Shown: positions 17,207 to 26,986 of the stretch, piece after piece
How the letters are laid out: the number at the start of each line of letters is the position of its first letter
Numbering within the stretch: position 1 is the stretch's first letter
Virus record (IMG/VR): IMGVR_UViG_3300048599_000201
Span: 1-40,523 of that record
From: a virus
Taxonomy: Duplodnaviria > Caudoviricetes
Strand: one strand, 5' to 3'
Length of the DNA: 40,523 nucleotides
Translations under genes and position numbers: made by a program
The notes under the pieces: model-generated
Databases searched by the model: none
Told to the model about the DNA's origin: nothing
The model's input: the letters and a program-made list of their open reading frames with translations, nothing else

Positions 17207-17631
17207 GACCCGATCAGAAAGCCAGAGCAGCGGCAGCGCTGGAACGTGCCCACGGCATACTTGCCGGAGATTCCGTGATCGCCGTGGATGAGGACGATGT
17301 CCAGACGGCTCTGACGTGCATGGCCGTGGACCTGGACAAAAGCGAAGCCGGTGGCGAGGGTGGCCTGGAGATCGACGCATCCGGCCTGCGGTTCAACAAG
17401 CTGAAGCGGCTGACGTTCCTGAAACGGGAGCTGGCGGACAAGGGCCTGAGCATGGCTGATATCCGCTATTTCCTCATCGGAAACGAGCGGTGGGATTTCG
17501 CGGAGGATTGGCCGGCACGTGACTCAATCGTGCCGTTGGCCGGAATCCATAACATGATCGAGGTGATAGTGCGCCTGGCGGTCGAGCGGAACCGGTCGAT
17601 TCCGGGTGCCGAATTCGGCTACGCAGAATAA
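17203..17631 (+). CDS. Putative head closure protein
   Basis: 142 aa, beta-rich, ATGA-coupled to the adaptor. Confidence 0.5.
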   Translation: MRPDQKARAAAALERAHGILAGDSVIAVDEDDVQTALTCMAVDLDKSEAGGEGGLEIDASGLRFNKLKRLTFLKRELADKGLSMADIRYFLIGNERWDFAEDWPARDSIVPLAGIHNMIEVIVRLAVERNRSIPGAEFGYAE

Positions 17632-17730
17632 TCGATTTTGCGAGGGCCAAGGGTCCGGGTGACCAATCTATCGTCGGGGACCTTCGCAACAAAATTGCAA
17701 CAAATCTAAACGCAGTTTGGGCGATTTCTC

Positions 17731-18204
17731 ATGAGTGTCGACAACGGCAAAATCGGAGACTGGAATCGAGTCGAAAAGATGCTCGCATCATTCGGTTCGC
17801 GATTCCAGCAAAATATCCAGCAGGCAACGGACCGCAGCGGCCGCATCCTGGAAGCGGCAATGGTGTCCAGGATCGAGCAACAGAAGCTGAGTCCGCCGCT
17901 CAAGCCCAAATACAAACGCTGGAAGATCGGAAAAGGCTATTCCGAACAGATTCTCGTGATGACCGGAACACTCATGCAAAACATCCGCTATCACCGGCAC
18001 AACTGGTCCAGCGGGTTTGTAGGCGTGCTCCGGAACGTAAAACACTCGAGCGGTCCAAGCCTCGTGAATATCGCTGCAGTGCACGAATACGGCACTCGCG
18101 ATGGGCGGGTGCCCGCACGGCCGTATATGGCTCCTGCACTGAAAGAGTCTGAGGCACAGATCCGGCGGCAATACGAGGACGCAATTGAACGGACGTTCAA
18201 ATGA
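17731..18204 (+). CDS. Neck/tail completion protein (Mu gpG/HK97 gp10-like)
   Basis: TGTLMQNI...IAAVHEYGT...VPARPYMAPAL signature. Confidence 0.8.
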   Translation: MSVDNGKIGDWNRVEKMLASFGSRFQQNIQQATDRSGRILEAAMVSRIEQQKLSPPLKPKYKRWKIGKGYSEQILVMTGTLMQNIRYHRHNWSSGFVGVLRNVKHSSGPSLVNIAAVHEYGTRDGRVPARPYMAPALKESEAQIRRQYEDAIERTFK

Positions 18205-19091
18205 CAATCGAACTCCTCAACAACTACATCGTGCAGCGATTCCAGCGCATCCTCATGGACGGCCAGCCCATCACGGTCTACGGCCCGGACACCCCGGATC
18301 GTGACGAAGGCGAGACCGTGTTCCCGCACCTCGCTGTGAGCATAAAACTCTGGCAGGAAGACGCACGGCTGTCGCGGCACCATGAGGAGGTGTTCGTCCC
18401 GAGTGACGAGACACAGACCGTCACCGTGCCGAAGGAGTTCGCCGGGTTGCTCAGGGCCACGGTAGTAGGCACGGAACGGGAGCCGTTCACCATCGTGGAG
18501 GACGTGAGCGACGCATTCGGCCTGTCGGTCGGCAAGGATGACGTGTTCGAAGCTGACCAGTCAGTAAGATTGATACCTGGGGATCGTGATGCAGCGGATA
18601 TTTGCTTGTTTCTGAATACCTGGCTCGACGGGATCACGGCAGTCAATGACGACGGCCGGATCAAATTAATGACGGTCGAGCCGGGTCACGATCTCCAATT
18701 GCTGGACCTTGCGAATTCGGCAAATGCAGTGCTCGGGTTTGAGCCGGGCATCGTGCGGCATGAGGACGTGACCGGGCCGGAATCCTGGTCGGTCAAACGG
18801 TATCCGACACCGTGGAGAATCCTCTATCAGGTGGACCTCCGAACAACGGATGAAGCCCATGCGATAGGGCTGACGCCATTTGTGCTGGACAGCATACCGG
18901 ACGGTCACTGGCCGATCATTGCGCCGGATTTTGCGCCCGTGTTCCATCGGGAACCGCCGCAAATACTCGATGAGCTGGCCAAACCGGAATACTGGCGGGT
19001 ATTCCGCTGGTGGGTCGGGCCGGTCTGGATCGACAAGATAACGAGTTACACCGTTCACCCGATAACGGAATTCACCCTGGAATTTGAGTGA
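18201..19091 (+). CDS. Putative tail terminator carrying an inserted ~95-aa domain
   Basis: Between the neck gene and sheath; FPHLAVS...PWRILYQVDLRT; insert resembles those in the sheath and decoration proteins. Confidence 0.6.
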   Translation: MTIELLNNYIVQRFQRILMDGQPITVYGPDTPDRDEGETVFPHLAVSIKLWQEDARLSRHHEEVFVPSDETQTVTVPKEFAGLLRATVVGTEREPFTIVEDVSDAFGLSVGKDDVFEADQSVRLIPGDRDAADICLFLNTWLDGITAVNDDGRIKLMTVEPGHDLQLLDLANSANAVLGFEPGIVRHEDVTGPESWSVKRYPTPWRILYQVDLRTTDEAHAIGLTPFVLDSIPDGHWPIIAPDFAPVFHREPPQILDELAKPEYWRVFRWWVGPVWIDKITSYTVHPITEFTLEFE

Positions 19092-19099
19092 GGTGCGAA

Positions 19100-19396
19100 A
19101 TGGCAAAAAAGAAAGCGGATGAAGGCCTGAATCCCGAAGAATCGGCTGCCGAACCGCAGGAAGAACCGGTGACCGCAGCGGGACCGCCGATCACGGACTA
19201 CGTGGTGATCGTGAATCTCACGAAACAGGCGCTTCAACCTGCACTGCGGAACGGCAAAACCGTGAACCTCGGCCCGAGAGTTCCGGGGATGAAGATCAAC
19301 AGGAGCGAACCGATCCTGCGCAGATTGTTGACGCCGGAAATCGATCAAATGAAGCGCAAGGGCATGCTGGCTCTTGAGCCTGCGGGAGGTGTGTAA
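19100..19396 (+). CDS. Small hypothetical protein upstream of the sheath
   Basis: GAGGTG SD before ATG 19100; TAATG coupling to the sheath gene. Confidence 0.65.
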   Translation: MAKKKADEGLNPEESAAEPQEEPVTAAGPPITDYVVIVNLTKQALQPALRNGKTVNLGPRVPGMKINRSEPILRRLLTPEIDQMKRKGMLALEPAGGV

Positions 19397-21693
19397 TGGG
19401 TCTCGGCGATCCACGAGCGATATTCCAACTGTTCGACCTGTCCGGGATGGACGATCTGATTCCGGGCTCGTACGTCGGGGTAGTCATCCAGGCGGAACGG
19501 GGTCCCATGTGGAACGGCAAACCGTTCACGAACCAGGAGCAGGAACGGCTCATCAAGACCTACGGTAATTCAATCGACTGGTCTCAGGACGTACTGTGCT
19601 GCCTCAAAGCGATGGAGGCGGGCGCAAACCTCGTCGTCCACCGGATCGGTCATTGCACGGACATCAGCGACCGTTCCACCCTGGATATCCTGCCTGCATC
19701 CGTGCTCATAGCGGATCGGGGCGGAGCGGATACTCCGGGATTCGTCCAGAGCATCCTCGGGCCGTTCACGTTTCAGCAGGCGCTGTCAGGACGGGTAACC
19801 GGCTCGGAAATCGGACCGTTTGCCATCACCACGGGCGCAAACGATGCGTTCAAGGTGCGGGTCGGCGTTCCGGCAGCCTGGGGAGCTGAACAAACCGTGA
19901 CACTCCAGCAGGGTGCGGCTCGCACGGCTCAAGAGGTGTGCGACAATATCAATTCAGGCAGCAACGGCCTGAACGCAACGGTTGTTGCGGGCAAGATCTA
20001 TCTCGAAGCGGTTGCCGTGGGGAACGATCTCGAAATCATGGCCGTGGCCAACGATGCGTATTCAGCGCTCGGGTTCGTTGCAGGGGTCTCGGCCCATACG
20101 GAAGGGACCGACACGCTGATCGTTTCCATCGACGGCGATGCAGATCAGACATTCAACCTGGAGCCGATGGAAGGCGAGACCGCCGCATTCGAGCTGACTT
20201 CAGCGGAAGTGGCGACGCAGCTCGCAGCGCTCACGGGCGGAGTCGTTTCCGGATTGCAGGGACGGTTGACCGTCACGTCTGCAACTGCGGGAGCAACCAG
20301 CACGGTCCAGGTGAAGGCGGGATCCACGTGCGAGACCGCATTCGGATTCGACAATGACGTGCACGCGGGGACGGATGGCGCTGCCAAAGAGCCGTGGAAA
20401 TTCGAGATGATCGGACCGGGCGCTTACGGGAACGGCGCAAAGGTCTACGTGCACGATTCGGCGCTGAACAGCGGGACGGCAGTTAACGTGCGGATAACAT
20501 GCCCCGGAACCGATGAGGAATACTTCGGCGAGCTGGTGCGCGATCCCGCGAGCCCGCGATACTGGAAGAACTACATCAATGCGCACAGCGATCTCGTGAA
20601 GATCCTGGATGTGGACGATCCCAATGCAGCCCCGAACGATTGGCCGGCGCTCAGCAGCGTCGGTTACACCTTCGCAGGCGGCGACGACGGAACGCTCGTG
20701 CTTACCAATGCGGACTGGATCGGCGATCCTGCCGGAGGAACCGGGCTTTACTGCACGGATCACTGGCAAATGCCGTATATCGACCTGATGCTCTTCGGGA
20801 CATCGTCTGCAACGGTGAAAGCGTCAGGGATCGCCTTCGTGGATAACCACAAGGGGCGGCGTTTCTACATGCCCACACCTGCGGGCCTCGATGCAGAGCA
20901 TTCCGTTGCATGGCGCATGGGAGATCCGGATTTCGGGTATTCGCACGCTGCGTTCGATTCGTACAAGAGCTGCTCGCTCCGTGGCCGGTTCAAAGTCTAC
21001 GATCCGAAGAACAATGCAGAGACGGAAATAACTGCCTTGCCCTATCTCGCTGCGGCAATCTGCCGGACAGATGCGGCTCACGGGCGGCACTGGTCTCCGT
21101 TCGGTATCGAGAGCGGTTATTGTCCCGGAATTCTCGGGATTGACGACAATCCTGCGGAAGCTCCAGGCCAGGCGGATCTCCTGGCTGAGTATCAGATCAA
21201 CAATGCCCGGATTCTGCGGACCAGTATCGAGACCCGCGGATTCGAGGGCGCTTACGTGTGGGGCGGCTGGACCGATCAGCGGAACAAATCCAAGCTGCGC
21301 GAATTGCAGATCTCACGGAAAATTGCGGAATACGAGTGGCTCCTCTATCCCATCGGGCTGTCATTCATCAACAAACCGAACCATCCCATCATCTGGCGTG
21401 AAGTCCACCGGATACTCGATCCGATGTTCCGGGAGGATCTCGATAAGGGAGCTATTTTCGGATACCTGCTGGTGACCGATCAGGATGCGTTTTTCACATC
21501 CGGAGGCGAGTTGAAGGGGGCTGTCCTGCAGACGGGCCGGTCGATAGACCAGAACATCTATCGTTGCCGTATCCTCATCCAGCCGGTGCCTCAGATCCTG
21601 TACTTCTATTTCGAGATGGGAGTCATGCGCAGTGGCGATCCGTTTGTTAATTTTTCAACCCTCTATTCGTTGCCCGGGTGGGCGAGGAGGTAA
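19396..21693 (+). CDS. Contractile tail sheath protein
   Basis: 765 aa; AERGP, GPGAYGN, FAGGDDG, GTGLY, WSPFG, YVWGGWT, FINKPN..IWREV, ILIQPVPQILY sheath motifs. Confidence 0.92.
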   Translation: MGLGDPRAIFQLFDLSGMDDLIPGSYVGVVIQAERGPMWNGKPFTNQEQERLIKTYGNSIDWSQDVLCCLKAMEAGANLVVHRIGHCTDISDRSTLDILPASVLIADRGGADTPGFVQSILGPFTFQQALSGRVTGSEIGPFAITTGANDAFKVRVGVPAAWGAEQTVTLQQGAARTAQEVCDNINSGSNGLNATVVAGKIYLEAVAVGNDLEIMAVANDAYSALGFVAGVSAHTEGTDTLIVSIDGDADQTFNLEPMEGETAAFELTSAEVATQLAALTGGVVSGLQGRLTVTSATAGATSTVQVKAGSTCETAFGFDNDVHAGTDGAAKEPWKFEMIGPGAYGNGAKVYVHDSALNSGTAVNVRITCPGTDEEYFGELVRDPASPRYWKNYINAHSDLVKILDVDDPNAAPNDWPALSSVGYTFAGGDDGTLVLTNADWIGDPAGGTGLYCTDHWQMPYIDLMLFGTSSATVKASGIAFVDNHKGRRFYMPTPAGLDAEHSVAWRMGDPDFGYSHAAFDSYKSCSLRGRFKVYDPKNNAETEITALPYLAAAICRTDAAHGRHWSPFGIESGYCPGILGIDDNPAEAPGQADLLAEYQINNARILRTSIETRGFEGAYVWGGWTDQRNKSKLRELQISRKIAEYEWLLYPIGLSFINKPNHPIIWREVHRILDPMFREDLDKGAIFGYLLVTDQDAFFTSGGELKGAVLQTGRSIDQNIYRCRILIQPVPQILYFYFEMGVMRSGDPFVNFSTLYSLPGWARR

Positions 21694-21696
21694 ACC

Positions 21697-22161
21697 ATGA
21701 TCACTGATGCACGGGCAATAAAGAATCCTCTTGAAGCGGGGAGGTTTAGGGTCGAATTCAACGGCTACCCTCCAGCTCTCTTCAAAAAATGCTCGTTGCC
21801 TGAAGACGAATCCAAAGTCGTGAAGATGAAGGGTGGCGGCCAAACGCTGTCGAAGAAAAACGCTGGTGGCGAAGAGATCTCGGAGTTCACGCTTGAAGCT
21901 GTCGTATCCGCTAACGGTACGGACCGCATGTATTGGCGGGATTGGCGGATGCAGGTGCGCACTCACGACGAGGATCAATACTACCGTGATGGGTCTGTAA
22001 CCATACTGGGGCCCAACGATGAGCCCAAGCTGATTTGGGACTTGCAAGATGCATGGCCCAAAAAAGTGAAGGTCGAGGAGTTGGATTCAGATAAGGATGA
22101 GGAATTGGTGCGGCTCACTATAACGATGGAGTGTAACGACTGCATTCCTCGTGTGAGGTAG
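21697..22161 (+). CDS. Tail tube protein (T4 gp19-like)
   Basis: FRVEFNG...FKKCSLPE...YYRDGSVTIL...WDLQDAWPKKV...LDS; directly after the sheath. Confidence 0.9.
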   Translation: MITDARAIKNPLEAGRFRVEFNGYPPALFKKCSLPEDESKVVKMKGGGQTLSKKNAGGEEISEFTLEAVVSANGTDRMYWRDWRMQVRTHDEDQYYRDGSVTILGPNDEPKLIWDLQDAWPKKVKVEELDSDKDEELVRLTITMECNDCIPRVR

Positions 22162-22179
22162 TTGGCACGGTTTTCAACA

Positions 22180-22194
22180 TGGCATGATTCTCGC
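22180..22194 (+). promoter_or_regulatory. Possible sigma-54 (-24/-12) promoter
   Basis: TGGCATGATTCTCGC has GG-N10-GC spacing and resembles TGGCACG-N4-TTGC; intergenic. Confidence 0.3.
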
Positions 22195-22241
22195 GTGGGA
22201 TGAAAGGCAAGAAGGATGCCATTCAGAATGAGGCGGAACCC

Positions 22242-22466
22242 ATGAGCAAGAAGGCGGTAGAGACAACGGAGATACCCGAGATTCTAAAGAACGCAACCAT
22301 CGAGGTTGCTGACGAAACGGTGAACGTGACACTGCCGAATCCTGACGATCCTGAGGAAAAGGCGTCGTTCACGATCCGCAAGTGGCGGGCTGCCGCATTC
22401 CTGGTGAACGATCTGGGTGCCAAGGTCACAGCGGTGACAAAAGGTATTAAGCCCTTCGAGGGCTAG
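22242..22466 (+). CDS. Small hypothetical protein between tube and chaperone genes (alternative start 22200)
   Basis: GAGG SD before ATG 22242; natural composition. Confidence 0.55.
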   Translation: MSKKAVETTEIPEILKNATIEVADETVNVTLPNPDDPEEKASFTIRKWRAAAFLVNDLGAKVTAVTKGIKPFEG

Positions 22467-22467
22467 T

Positions 22468-22506
22468 GTACGGGGCCCGCCAGACGCGGGATCTGCCCGG
22501 ATTTGG
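22468..22506 (+). repeat. Short hairpin motif E, copy 1
   Basis: GTACGGGGCCCGCCAGACGCGGGATCTGCCCGGATTTGG resembles 29141-29181. Confidence 0.6.
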
Positions 22507-22521
22507 AAAGGATAGGAAATC

Positions 22522-23226
22522 ATGGCCGAACCATTGACGAATACCATCACGCTGCCTGTTTCCGGCATGGAAACCGTGATCAGGGAATCAGACGAGAATG
22601 CCGAAAAGATACTGTTCAAATACAAGCTTAAGATGTATCGGGCGGTTCCAGCGTATTTAGCCTACTGCACTGTCCGGCTTGGCGATATCGAGAAGCCGAA
22701 ACCCGAAGACATACTCAAGCTCTTGATGCCTGATCAGGTGGCGCTGGCAATAGAGGTCTACAAGCTCAGCTTTGGGGACAAAGTCACACTCACGGCAAAG
22801 GATCCCGATACCAATCGGCCAGCGGGCTATGAAGTGGATTTGACGGAACTGGACTTCATGCCCATACCTGATGGCAAGACTGGGCCCGATCCCGTGTTCA
22901 CCTTCATCATGCCACGTTCCGGGCATGTCATCGAATACGGATATCCCACCTACAAACAAGCATTGGACGAACTGGAATTGGACGATATCGATGTGGGGCG
23001 GACGGATTTTGCCAGAATACGCACCATTGATGGGGGTCCTAAGGGAAAACGGGGCGATGTGTGGTGGGGTGGAATCGATAGCCAGGCACTTCGTGACGAT
23101 TTCCATCGGACCCGTTGCGGGTATGACACGCGGATCCGGTTCGCAAACGAAAACGGTGTGGAGGTGGTAATGGATCTTTTAACGGACCCTTCCTTTCTAC
23201 ACCCGGCAGTGCGGCTCAGGAGATAA
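22522..23226 (+). CDS. Tail assembly chaperone
   Basis: 234 aa between tube and tape measure; TITLPVSG, FTFIMPRSG, ends DPSFL. Confidence 0.7.
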   Translation: MAEPLTNTITLPVSGMETVIRESDENAEKILFKYKLKMYRAVPAYLAYCTVRLGDIEKPKPEDILKLLMPDQVALAIEVYKLSFGDKVTLTAKDPDTNRPAGYEVDLTELDFMPIPDGKTGPDPVFTFIMPRSGHVIEYGYPTYKQALDELELDDIDVGRTDFARIRTIDGGPKGKRGDVWWGGIDSQALRDDFHRTRCGYDTRIRFANENGVEVVMDLLTDPSFLHPAVRLRR

Positions 23227-23411
23227 CGGACGCCGGGCGGCACTCCTGGCATTTGTTCTTCAGGCCTCGGAATCATAGTCAGGAGATCTTCAACCTGGCG
23301 TATCACGCGGGACAGGACATGGGAGCCATGATGTCCTGGCCGCATTCGTTCCGAAGAGAAATGCTCGAAAAACTTCACGCTCAATGGGAACACGAAGAGA
23401 AGAAGAGCTAA
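23190..23411 (+). CDS. Probable -1 frameshift extension of the tail assembly chaperone; not in the ORF track
   Basis: -1 frame is open 23127-23411 and encodes EIFNLAYHAGQDMGAMMSWPHSFRREMLEKLHAQWEHEEKKS; it fills the gap to the tape measure gene; shift site approximate. Confidence 0.6.
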   Translation, partial: FLSTPGSAAQEITDAGRHSWHLFFRPRNHSQEIFNLAYHAGQDMGAMMSWPHSFRREMLEKLHAQWEHEEKKS

Positions 23412-23429
23412 GAAAGCTGGATTCTTTCG

Positions 23430-25454
23430 ATGAACGATTTTGGCGTAAATTTTAAGCTCACCGGAGCCGATAAGGCCAAGCGGGACATGGCGTCCCTCAA
23501 GGGAGAATACGGCGCTCTGAGCAGCACAGTGGACCAGCAGGCACAGCGGATTCAGGGCAGCATGAACCGGATGTCGCTTGCGATGAAGGCTGGGCTTGCC
23601 GCTGCTGCCTCGGCCTTAACAGGCTATGCCGCTGCGATCACTCCGTTCAAGCTGGCAGGGTCACGTGATGAGCTTACGAATGAGCAGGCCAACCTCCGCG
23701 CATTGGGGCTGGATGACGCAGGAATACAGAAAATCGAAATGGCTGCGGAAACGTTCTCGACGCGGGTCGCAGGGGTCACGAAAGAGGCATACACCAAAGC
23801 GTCTTATGATGTGGTGTCCGCTTTTGCACAGCTCAGCACGGAAGAGCAGGCCAAAATCACCGATGTTGCCCTGAATACCGGTAAGGCTACGAAGATGGCT
23901 GCGGAAAGCGCCACAAAACTTTTCGGCAGCTTGTGGGGCGCTGCAGGCGACAAGATGAAGTCGGAAGGAGCGGAGAATTTCGTTCAGAAGTGGTCTGGAG
24001 CGATCTACACGGCAGTCAAGGAATTGAAGACCACGGGTGAGGAATTGGCGTCAGCAGCAAAGAATTCCATGTCCATGCTCATGGAATCAGGATGGAAGCC
24101 GGAGGAGATGACGGCGTTTTGGGGCCAATTGATCTCGAGTGGTCTCTCCGGTGAACAGGCGGGGACGGCCTTGAAACAGATGGCCATCAAAGAAAGGGCC
24201 GGATTCGGAAAGATGCTGGCCAAGGTATCCGATAGCTGGATCGATACGGAATGGCTGAAGGGTGAAGCCAAGCACTTGGCGGAGTCACGCAACAAGGGAC
24301 TCATTGAAGGATTCGGCGCACAGGGCGCTGATCTGTTCAAGACCGATCCGGTGAAATGGCTCGACAGAATGGGTGAAGCTTTCGACAAGCTCAAGGCCAC
24401 CGGAGAAGACTACAAGAAGTTTCTCGCCGAAATCTTTGGTGACGAGTCAGTCAATGCAATGGTGCAGTTCTTCGAGAAACGCGGCCAAATGCGGGACACT
24501 ATCGAGAAAATCGCCAAGGGCAATTATGGGGATGTCAGGAGAATCGTCGAGGAGGAGATGAGCAAGGGCATCGGCCCGGCAAAGTCAATTCTCAGTCAAT
24601 TGTGGAGCAACCTGCAACAAACAATGGGAAAGACTTTTGAGAGCGGGGCAGTCGGTAAACTGCAGTGGATCGGGGACAAGCTTCTGCAAGTGAATGCCCT
24701 GTGGAATGCGCTCTTCAACGATACAGGCCCGCAAGATGCCATCGATTCGTTGCGAGCTGCGGGCGGGGACGCTCTTGTCGATCTGTATGAAAAGCTCCAG
24801 GGGTTCCCCGACAATGTATCGGCATTCACTGAAGGCGTTAAAGGCGGATTCATGGGAATGCTGGGCGGCCTGGGAGAAGTGGATTCCCGCATCAACTCCA
24901 TAGTGGAAGCTCTTGGCAAACCCGATGAGGAGAAATGGAGGCAGATTGGCGAGCAATTCGGTCAACTGGCGGGAACCAGCCTGACCGGGTTTGTGGATTC
25001 CCTCAAAGAGGTGAAAACTACTGCTGCAGAGATCTTCGGTTTTCTCTCTCCGGTTCTGGAAATTCTCAAGTTCGCAGGCAGTGGCTACAAGGCCTTTGGC
25101 GAAGCGTGGACTCAACATGGTTTGAGAGAAGATTACTATGCCGGCACCTCGGGTCTTGGTTCCATGTTTGATAATTCCGATCTCTACGACAAGCCGAATT
25201 TAGCGCCGGAACAAGCTTATCCGGGATGGACCGGCCCGCGTGCACCGGAAGGTCCGATGGCCAGGAGCGGAGGGAGCGGACAGACAGTCGCTCCACAAAT
25301 ACACGTGCAGCCGGAAGTCAGGGTGGAAGCCCCACAAGTCAACGTACGTGTGGGTGAGAGGCAACTTACGGACATAGTGGTGGACATCGTCAAGTCCATC
25401 CGGAGTCGCTATCGACAGGGTGCCGGCGACGGTTGGGTTGACGCCTGGGAATAA
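23430..25454 (+). CDS. Tail tape measure protein
   Basis: 674 aa, helical and Ala/Gly/Lys-rich, GLSGEQAGTALK core motif, position. Confidence 0.9.
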   Translation: MNDFGVNFKLTGADKAKRDMASLKGEYGALSSTVDQQAQRIQGSMNRMSLAMKAGLAAAASALTGYAAAITPFKLAGSRDELTNEQANLRALGLDDAGIQKIEMAAETFSTRVAGVTKEAYTKASYDVVSAFAQLSTEEQAKITDVALNTGKATKMAAESATKLFGSLWGAAGDKMKSEGAENFVQKWSGAIYTAVKELKTTGEELASAAKNSMSMLMESGWKPEEMTAFWGQLISSGLSGEQAGTALKQMAIKERAGFGKMLAKVSDSWIDTEWLKGEAKHLAESRNKGLIEGFGAQGADLFKTDPVKWLDRMGEAFDKLKATGEDYKKFLAEIFGDESVNAMVQFFEKRGQMRDTIEKIAKGNYGDVRRIVEEEMSKGIGPAKSILSQLWSNLQQTMGKTFESGAVGKLQWIGDKLLQVNALWNALFNDTGPQDAIDSLRAAGGDALVDLYEKLQGFPDNVSAFTEGVKGGFMGMLGGLGEVDSRINSIVEALGKPDEEKWRQIGEQFGQLAGTSLTGFVDSLKEVKTTAAEIFGFLSPVLEILKFAGSGYKAFGEAWTQHGLREDYYAGTSGLGSMFDNSDLYDKPNLAPEQAYPGWTGPRAPEGPMARSGGSGQTVAPQIHVQPEVRVEAPQVNVRVGERQLTDIVVDIVKSIRSRYRQGAGDGWVDAWE

Positions 25455-25457
25455 GTG

Positions 25458-25883
25458 ATGAAAGGCATGATCATACCACTTTCCGGCAGCGTAGGACATC
25501 TCACGTTCCAGTGGAACCCCGACGAGATTACCGAGTCGCACGAGGCCTCATGGGTCCCCATCGTGGTCGCAGGCCGGGGCGTGCCGTACATGCAGTATAC
25601 AAACGGCGAAGAGGATCTCCTGGAATTCACGCTGCGGTTTTCGTCCAAGGGCGACCCGAATTTCGTCAAGAGTCAACTCGACTTGATCAAGAGCTTTCGC
25701 AAGCCGTCACAGAGTCTCGCGGGCATGAAGGTCCCGCCGATCCTGCAGGTAATCCTCGGAGCTGACATCCGGGACCAATACGTGCTGACAAGGGTGCGCA
25801 CGAAAAAGCACACGTACGCGAACGAATCACTGCTCTGGTATTACGGCGACGCAAATATGACGCTATCGAAATACGAGGCATAG
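25458..25883 (+). CDS. Tube initiator/baseplate-tube protein (P2 gpU / CIS-tube-like)
   Basis: FQWNPDEITESHEASW...GRGVPYMQYTNGE...LEFTLRF...PPILQVILG; alternative GTG start at 25455. Confidence 0.75.
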   Translation: MKGMIIPLSGSVGHLTFQWNPDEITESHEASWVPIVVAGRGVPYMQYTNGEEDLLEFTLRFSSKGDPNFVKSQLDLIKSFRKPSQSLAGMKVPPILQVILGADIRDQYVLTRVRTKKHTYANESLLWYYGDANMTLSKYEA

Positions 25884-25885
25884 GC

Positions 25886-26986
25886 ATGAGCGGCCAGCCT
25901 GATTTCATCATCACCATTAACGGACAGGATATGACGAAATTCTGTCAGGAATGGTCCTTTACCGATGATGAAGAGGGACAATCGGAGATCCAAGTTCAGC
26001 TCGGCAATCCAAACATGCGGTTTTCGGGAGTATTCGATTACGGCCAGGATCTGTTTATCCGATTCGGCTATGACGGCAATTTGCAGGGGGCGGCATACCT
26101 GCCGATCGCTGAAGTCGAAGAAGTTTATCCGACTGGAAGCGAACTTGCGATACTCGTTGTGGGCAGAGACGAGTCTGCAAAGCTGAGCGGTGGAAAGAAA
26201 AAGGGCGTCAAAGGCAAGAGCGACGAGGACATTCTCGGCAAGGCTGCGAAAGAAGAAGGGGTGCGGCTTGCAACCGAAGAATTCGAGGGGACCAAACACA
26301 AAAAAGCCTATGCTATGAACGAAAACCCGAGAGAGCTTGCGGCCAAATTCGCCCGGAACGGAAAGTCCAAGAAGTCCGGAGGCGGCACGCAGCCAAAATC
26401 GCCTTTTGATAAGCAGGGCCCCGGTTATCTCTTTTCATCGGCCGAACGTATCCCGGAAGATGGTGAAGATAGAGATCGCCACCGTGGGACGAATCATTCG
26501 AATCAGCACAAGAACGAGCCAATTACCGGGACACTGGAGTTGAAGGGATACCCGACATTGAGGGCCAAGGCAAACGTGGCGATCCTGGGTGTTGGTCCGA
26601 AGGCCTCGGGCACGTATTACGTCAAGAAGGCGAAGCATCAGTGGAGTGTATCGACAGGATTCCGCACGAGCAATGCGGATCTGATCAGGGCAGGTTCCGG
26701 AAAAGGCGATGCAGGGACCGAACCTCCCATCGTGATGTATGCGGACATCTGGAATAAGGGCGAAATATATCTTGGGCCTCGCAAGATGGACGGTCCGCCC
26801 CAGGCAACCTTCGTTTACGGAGAAGGCAAGGACCTCATTAAGTTCACCTATCACCTGGCCCCACAGCTCAATCGACATGCGGGTGAAGGGTCCGAGGGTG
26901 CAGGCATCGATCTTCGAGACAAGGGCGAAGCATACAAGGCGGAATATGAAAAAGGCAAACAGGCCGCTGCCCAGGAGGCCAAGTAA
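25886..26986 (+). CDS. Baseplate hub (P2 gpD/Mu gp44-like)
   Basis: ITINGQDMT...FTDDEEG...IRFGYDG...GYPTLRA...SGTYYVKKAKHQWS...GFRT. Confidence 0.8.
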   Translation: MSGQPDFIITINGQDMTKFCQEWSFTDDEEGQSEIQVQLGNPNMRFSGVFDYGQDLFIRFGYDGNLQGAAYLPIAEVEEVYPTGSELAILVVGRDESAKLSGGKKKGVKGKSDEDILGKAAKEEGVRLATEEFEGTKHKKAYAMNENPRELAAKFARNGKSKKSGGGTQPKSPFDKQGPGYLFSSAERIPEDGEDRDRHRGTNHSNQHKNEPITGTLELKGYPTLRAKANVAILGVGPKASGTYYVKKAKHQWSVSTGFRTSNADLIRAGSGKGDAGTEPPIVMYADIWNKGEIYLGPRKMDGPPQATFVYGEGKDLIKFTYHLAPQLNRHAGEGSEGAGIDLRDKGEAYKAEYEKGKQAAAQEAK

